Assembly: GCA_964507075.1 (NCBI GenBank)
Contig: CAZDOL010000009.1
Span: 1 to 26,681, forward strand
Origin: an uncultured Gammaproteobacteria bacterium
Lineage (GTDB): Bacteria > Patescibacteriota > Patescibacteriia > UBA2591 > UBA6264
Length of the DNA stretch: 26,681 bases
Direction of reading: 5' to 3'
Under the pieces are notes generated by a model. It had not been told where the DNA came from and searched no databases. It worked only from the letters and a program-made list of their open reading frames with translations. Both the position numbers and the translations under genes were made by a program. Numbering within the stretch: the first letter of the stretch is position 1; the number at the start of each line of letters is the position of its first letter. Of the stretch, positions 22,654 to 26,681 are shown piece by piece.

Positions 22654-23130
22654 ATGTTCTTATTTAAGAAGAAAAAAGATTCCTTGACACCACCCGTCAA
22701 GACCGATCAGAAAAAAGAGAAGTCATTGACCATTAAGAAGGGTGCGCCTTCAGTTTCTTCTGTTCCAGGGATTTCAAAACAAGAGTCAAAAAAGGTAACG
22801 CCAATTTCTAAATCAAAAGCAGTTCATCTTGGCTCAAATAAGGATCTTTTTGGAAATCTTTTGCTTCGGCCCATTATAACAGAAAAAGCTACAATTTTAG
22901 CAGGAGAAAATAATTGTTACGTTTTTGAGATTGCTTCACGAGCAAATAAAATTTCTATTAAGAAAGCGATTGCGGAAGTCTATAATTTTACTCCTATTAA
23001 AATTAATATCGTTAAAATTAAGGGCAAAAGTGTAAGGTATGGTCGTTCACGGGGCAGGACTAAAAATAAAAAAAGAGCTTTAGTTTTTCTTAAAAAGGGT
23101 GATCATATAGAATTTGTAAAAAGGGGCTAA
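22654..23130 (+). CDS. rplW: 50S ribosomal protein L23 with a K-rich N-terminal extension of roughly 65 aa
   Basis: The canonical L23 core begins at LLRPIITEKAT. I prefer ATG 22654 (MFLFKKKK) over the track's TTG at 22579, which lies inside the repeat region. The exact start remains uncertain. Confidence 0.85.
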   Translation: MFLFKKKKDSLTPPVKTDQKKEKSLTIKKGAPSVSSVPGISKQESKKVTPISKSKAVHLGSNKDLFGNLLLRPIITEKATILAGENNCYVFEIASRANKISIKKAIAEVYNFTPIKINIVKIKGKSVRYGRSRGRTKNKKRALVFLKKGDHIEFVKRG

Positions 23131-23139
23131 ACCAATTTT

Positions 23140-23982
23140 ATGTTAAAATTATATAAACCAACAACTCCAGGGAGACGAAAAGCGAGCGTAGTGGACACCA
23201 AAGAGTTGTCTAATGTTAGGCCTGCTAGGAAATTACGAGTTATTAAAAAGCGTAAATCTGGTCGTAGTCACGGAAAGATTACTATTAGGCATCAGGGTGG
23301 ACAAGAAAAGAGATATTATAGGATGATTGATTTTAGGCGCGACAAATTTGACATACCAGCTACAATAAAAACATTAGAGTATGACCCTAATCGTTCTGCG
23401 TGGATTGCTTTAGTTTGTTATGCGGACGGAGAAAAGAGATATATTTTAATGCCAGAGGGAATGGAAATTGGTGATGAAATTTTAAATTCTCAAAAGAAAA
23501 TTGATGCTGATTTAGGAAACAGAATGCTTTTAAAATATATTCCTTTAGGCACCAAAGTTTATAATATAGAATTACAACCTAATCAGGGAGGAAAGATAGC
23601 GCGCTCAGCCGGAAATGCGTCTGTTTTAATGGATATCAATGAGGGTTTAGCTCAATTAAAATTACCCTCTAGCGAAAGAAGAATGGTTTCTGAAAATTGT
23701 TTGGCTAGTATTGGTTCGGTTAGTAATCCAGAGTGGCGTTTCGTTCGTTGGGGCAAAGCAGGACGCATGAGACATAGAGGCATCAGACCTACGGTTAGAG
23801 GAAAAGCAATGGCTCCTGTGGCACATCCACATGGTGGAGGTGAGGGGAATTCTCCGATTGGTTTGAAGCATCCAAAAACTCCATGGGGTAAACCAGCATT
23901 AGGAGTTAAAACCAGAAATAAAAAGAAATGGACCAATAAATATATAGTCTTAAGAAGGGTTAAAAAAAGAAAGAAAAAATAA
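23140..23982 (+). CDS. rplB: 50S ribosomal protein L2
   Basis: YKPTTPGRR...; HPHGGGEG motif. Confidence 0.96.
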   Translation: MLKLYKPTTPGRRKASVVDTKELSNVRPARKLRVIKKRKSGRSHGKITIRHQGGQEKRYYRMIDFRRDKFDIPATIKTLEYDPNRSAWIALVCYADGEKRYILMPEGMEIGDEILNSQKKIDADLGNRMLLKYIPLGTKVYNIELQPNQGGKIARSAGNASVLMDINEGLAQLKLPSSERRMVSENCLASIGSVSNPEWRFVRWGKAGRMRHRGIRPTVRGKAMAPVAHPHGGGEGNSPIGLKHPKTPWGKPALGVKTRNKKKWTNKYIVLRRVKKRKKK

Positions 23983-24014
23983 ATTAGGAATTAGAAATTA
24001 GGAATTAGAAATTA
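23983..24014. repeat. 14-nt tandem repeat (ATTAGGAATTAGAA x2.3) filling the rplB-rpsS spacer
   Basis: Copies at 23983-23996 and 23997-24010, followed by a partial ATTA. There is a 7-nt sub-period (ATTAGGA / ATTAGAA). Confidence 0.85.
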
Positions 24015-24024
24015 TTTATATATT

Positions 24025-24318
24025 ATGTCTAGATCACTTAAAAAGGGACCTTGGGTGGACCCAAAATTATTAAAGAAAATATCCAAATTAAAATCAGGAG
24101 ACAAGACAATTATAAAAACTTGGTCTCGTAGTTCAACTATTATTCCAGAAATGGTAGGTTTTGTTTTTGGTGTTCATAATGGAAAAATTCATATTCCTGT
24201 TTCAATTTCTGAAAATATGATTGGCCATAAGTTGGGTGAGTTCTCTTTGACTAAAAATTTTGTCAAACACGGAGGAAAGATGCAAAAAGCTCTAGAAACG
24301 GCTGCTAAGAAAAAATAA
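24025..24318 (+). CDS. rpsS: 30S ribosomal protein S19
   Basis: [12 protein letters not shown]...[17 protein letters not shown]. Confidence 0.95.
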   Translation: MSRSLKKGPWVDPKLLKKISKLKSGDKTIIKTWSRSSTIIPEMVGFVFGVHNGKIHIPVSISENMIGHKLGEFSLTKNFVKHGGKMQKALETAAKKK

Positions 24319-24336
24319 TAATTATAAAATTTTTTT

Positions 24337-24936
24337 ATGCAAGTGCAAGCTCGAAGTAAGTATTTAAAAATCTCGGCCAAGAAAATGAGATTAGTGGCTG
24401 TAACTATTAAAGGAATGGATGTTTCTTATGCTTTAGATTATTTGAAATTCATTCCCCATAAAGCATCACCGTTAGTTTCTAAACTTCTTCATTCAGCCAT
24501 AGCTAACGCTGAGCATAATTTTAATCTTGATAGTCATAATCTATTTGTAAAAAAAATCTTTGCTGACGAAGGAACAATGCTTAAAAGGTGGCGCGCTAGA
24601 GCGTTTGGTAGAGCTACTCCTATACATAAAAAAAGTTCGCATTTAACAATTATTTTAGAAGAAAAAGTTCCTAGCAAGCAACAACATAAATCAAACGACA
24701 ATAAATTAAAAGAACCTTCTGTTTTAAAGACTGATTTGCATGAAACAAAAATAAAACCTTTAGAAAGTGTACATTCTGGGAAATTAGAGAAAGATGAAAT
24801 AGAAGAAGAAACTAAAGAGGGCAGAGACAGTCAGGAACAAGATAATAAATATCGCAAAAAACAAAATCTTAAGCGAGTTCAGAATAAATCTAAAGCCATA
24901 ACACTAAAAAAGATTTTCAGAAGAAAAAGTATTTAA
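24337..24936 (+). CDS. rplV: 50S ribosomal protein L22 with a charged C-terminal extension of about 90 aa
   Basis: The L22 core runs through ...RWRARAFGRATPIHKKSSHLTIILEE. It is followed by a K/E/Q-rich tail. Confidence 0.92.
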   Translation: MQVQARSKYLKISAKKMRLVAVTIKGMDVSYALDYLKFIPHKASPLVSKLLHSAIANAEHNFNLDSHNLFVKKIFADEGTMLKRWRARAFGRATPIHKKSSHLTIILEEKVPSKQQHKSNDNKLKEPSVLKTDLHETKIKPLESVHSGKLEKDEIEEETKEGRDSQEQDNKYRKKQNLKRVQNKSKAITLKKIFRRKSI

Positions 24937-25117
24937 AGGGCTTTGTCTGATAAAATCAAACCCGCAGGGTGAAGATTTTTCAGCAACAAAACCTTTACCC
25001 TGTTAAATACTGCTACGCAGTAATTTCGCCAGAGGCGAAATTATTTAACAGGGTACTCAAATTTGAAACGAAATTTCCTTCGTTACTTCGTAACTCGTAA
25101 ATTTAGACAAATTTAGT
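24937..25117 (+). repeat. Structured intergenic element, copy B (core in 'A/B' orientation, divergent right arm)
   Basis: Hairpin module 24947-24983. Core 24997-25054 (ACCCTGTTAAAT...ATTTAACAGGGT). The right arm differs from copies A and D and contains its own hairpin, AACGAA-ATTTCC-TTCGTT. Confidence 0.9.
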
Positions 25118-25768
25118 ATGGGCAGAAAAGTAAATCCAAAAATTTTCCGCATCCCGCTTATTAATCAGTGGGATTCAAAGTGGTTCGCTAGTAAAAATAA
25201 ATTCCGCCATTTTTTGGAGGAAGATTTACGAATTAGAAAATTTTTAAAGACAAAATTAAAAAATTGCGGAATTTCTAAAATAACTATAGAAAGATTTGCA
25301 GGAACATTTAGGGTAATAATTCATACCGCTAAACCTGGTTTGATTATTGGTAGAGGTGGCCTTGATATTGAAAAGCTAAAGAAGGTAATCAAGCTAAATT
25401 TTTTAAAAAATAAAGATTTGAATTTAGAAATTAATGTCATAGAAGAAAAATCACCTTTGTTAGCCGCAGAAGTAGTGTTAGAAGGAGCAATTTTGGAGTT
25501 AGAAAAAAGGATGCCATATAGACGAGTGTTGAAAAAGGTTATCAAGCAGGTTCAGGACGGAAAAGCTAATGGGGTTAAAATTATAGTCAAGGGACGTTTG
25601 GGCGGTGCCGAAATAGCCAGATCAGAAAAAGCGATCTGGGGAAATCTCCCCCTTCATACTCTACGCGCTGACATAGATTATGCTCGTGGAGTGGCAGCCA
25701 CTACCTATGGTTCTATTGGCGTTAAGGTTTGGATTTATAAAGGAGAGAAGTTTAGTAATTCTGTCTGA
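25118..25768 (+). CDS. rpsC: 30S ribosomal protein S3
   Basis: MGRKVNPKIFR...KH domain...GRLGGAEIARSE. The stop TGA (25766-25768) lies inside the repeat element's conserved TGTCTGATA. Confidence 0.95.
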   Translation: MGRKVNPKIFRIPLINQWDSKWFASKNKFRHFLEEDLRIRKFLKTKLKNCGISKITIERFAGTFRVIIHTAKPGLIIGRGGLDIEKLKKVIKLNFLKNKDLNLEINVIEEKSPLLAAEVVLEGAILELEKRMPYRRVLKKVIKQVQDGKANGVKIIVKGRLGGAEIARSEKAIWGNLPLHTLRADIDYARGVAATTYGSIGVKVWIYKGEKFSNSV

Positions 25769-25902
25769 TATTTTTAAGTCCGCAGGACGCAGAAAATTCA
25801 GCTACAGAATTGCTACCCTGTTAAATAATTTCGCCTTTGGCGAAATTGCCACGGAGTGGCATTTAACAGGGTGCTCAAAAATTAATAAATTAATTTTTTC
25901 GC
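25762..25902 (+). repeat. Structured intergenic element, copy C (core in 'C/D' orientation, short right arm, covarying hairpin module)
   Basis: Hairpin module 25765-25801. Core 25815-25872. Right arm GCTCAAAAATTAATAAATTAATTTTTTCGC runs up to ATG 25903. Confidence 0.9.
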
Positions 25903-26316
25903 ATGTTAATGCCCAAAAAGTTAAAACATCGCAAAAGTCATAAAGGACGCGCTAGGGGTAAGAGGATAGCCACTAGAGGTACGAGGGTTAGCTTTGGAGA
26001 TTTTGGATTAAAAGGATTGGATTTTTCTTGGATTACTTCTAGACAGATTGAGTCAGCTCGTCGCACCATAACTCATTCTCTGGCCAAAACTGGAAAGGTA
26101 TGGATTAGGATATTCCCACATAAACCAGTGACAGCTAAGGGAGCAGAAGTACCAATGGGCGGTGGTAAGGGAGCAGTTGATCATTATGTGGCGGTAGTTA
26201 AACCAGGTACTGTTCTTTTTGAGGTTGCTGGGGTTGAAGAAACAGTTGCTAAAGAAGCTTTTCGTTTAGCTTCGCATAAACTACCCGTAAAAACAAAGTT
26301 TGTTTATAGGGTATAG
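25903..26316 (+). CDS. rplP: 50S ribosomal protein L16
   Basis: [16 protein letters not shown]...; typical L16 over its whole length. Confidence 0.96.
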   Translation: MLMPKKLKHRKSHKGRARGKRIATRGTRVSFGDFGLKGLDFSWITSRQIESARRTITHSLAKTGKVWIRIFPHKPVTAKGAEVPMGGGKGAVDHYVAVVKPGTVLFEVAGVEETVAKEAFRLASHKLPVKTKFVYRV

Positions 26317-26493
26317 CGACTTTGTCTGATAAAATTGAACCCGCAGGGTGAAAATTTTTCAGCCACAAAGACGCTACCCTGTTAAATAATTTCGCTTACA
26401 GCGAAATTGCCGCAGAGCGGCATTTAACAGGGTGCTCAAAAATCTAATAAAATTTAATTCGCTTCGCTCTAAAATTTTAACATTTTTGGCATG
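26314..26493 (+). repeat. Structured intergenic element, copy D (full length, core in 'C/D' orientation)
   Basis: Runs from TAG 26314-26316, the rplP stop, to ATG 26491, the rpmC start. Hairpin module 26326-26362. Core 26376-26433. The right arm differs from copy A at only 4 positions. Confidence 0.9.
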
Positions 26494-26676
26494 AAAATAT
26501 CTGAATTTAAAGCAAAAACAAAACAAGAATTGCAAAAAATATGTAGATCTGAACAGGAAAAGTTGAGACTATTGCGTTTTGACATTAAACTCAAACAATC
26601 TAAAAATGTGAGAGAAATACGAAAAACTAGAAAGCTAATTTCTCAGATGTTAACAATTTTGAACACAAAAAAATGA
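26491..26676 (+). CDS. rpmC: 50S ribosomal protein L29
   Basis: Size of 61 aa, position after rplP, and ELQKICRSEQEKLRLLRFDIKLKQSKNVREIRKTRKLISQMLTIL. Confidence 0.9.
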   Translation: MKISEFKAKTKQELQKICRSEQEKLRLLRFDIKLKQSKNVREIRKTRKLISQMLTILNTKK

Positions 26677-26681
26677 TCAAT
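26673..26681 (+). CDS. Possible start of 30S ribosomal protein S17 (ATGA overlap with the rpmC stop); only 3 codons are in the window
   Basis: ATG at 26673 overlaps TGA at 26674-26676. S17 normally follows L29. There is far too little sequence to confirm this. Confidence 0.25.

Noticed and set aside
25680-25943. 87-aa plus-strand ORF spanning the rpsC 3' end, element copy C and the rplP start
   Set aside because: It is out of frame with two certain ribosomal genes and is merely open through the repeat element. The equivalent frames in copies A, B and D are not conserved as an ORF.
26326-26362. Hammerhead-ribozyme-like fragments in the hairpin module (CUGAU..., UGA-stem-GAAA in copy D)
   Set aside because: The CUGAUGA core is not contiguous. 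The UGA/GAAA pair is not conserved in the other copies (CAA/GAAG in A and B, UAA/GCAG in C). No three-stem junction with a cleavage-site UH can be drawn.
26376-26433. The terminal octamer TGTTAAAT of the core inverted repeat resembles the outer part of the XerD arm of E. coli dif (TTATGTTAAAT)
   Set aside because: The AAAT ends face inward and are separated by 34 nt, rather than facing outward around a 6-8 bp central region. Four copies are incompatible with a chromosomal dif. It remains only a remote possibility as a recombinase-binding half-site.
24937-26490. A regularly spaced repeat that could be mistaken for a CRISPR array
   Set aside because: The 'spacers' are full-length ribosomal protein genes. 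The repeats are 130-180 nt and modular. No cas genes or leader are present.

Overview
The window is AT-rich and gene-dense, and every supported gene lies on the + strand. Gene content and style suggest a small-genome bacterium, probably CPR/Patescibacteria-like; this is an inference, not a database result. The supporting traits are a split ComEC, lysine-rich extensions on ribosomal proteins, scrambled housekeeping gene order and weak or absent SD sequences. The standard genetic code is in use: TGA serves as a stop and RF2 is present.

Gene order: tRNA-Thr(partial), rpmG, tRNA-Trp, dnaJ, unknown membrane protein, rsmI, metG, cvpA, nrdD (carrying an intein), nrdG, htrA, two unknown cassette-like genes (one an 8x29-aa repeat protein), prfB, glmS, comEC core, separate ComEC-type MBL gene, ndk, tuf, rpsJ, rplC, rplD, rplW, rplB, rpsS, rplV, rpsC, rplP, rpmC.

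The most unusual signal is a four-copy modular intergenic element of about 130-180 nt. It consists of a 37-nt hairpin module, a 58-nt core bounded by 12-bp inverted repeats, and an A-rich right arm. It fills the rplV-rpsC, rpsC-rplP and rplP-rpmC spacers of the S10 operon, which are normally tight, and also sits upstream of rsmI.
- Several helices show compensatory base-pair changes between copies.
- The core occurs in both orientations relative to conserved flanks.
- The element runs from (or through) the upstream stop codon to the downstream ATG.

Other notable items:
- a LAGLIDADG intein in NrdD
- a shared 5'/3' module architecture around two unknown genes, with a duplicated prfB promoter and 5' end
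- an intrinsic-terminator-like hairpin between rpsJ and rplC
- a Cys4 insertion in EF-Tu
- short tandem duplications in several spacers
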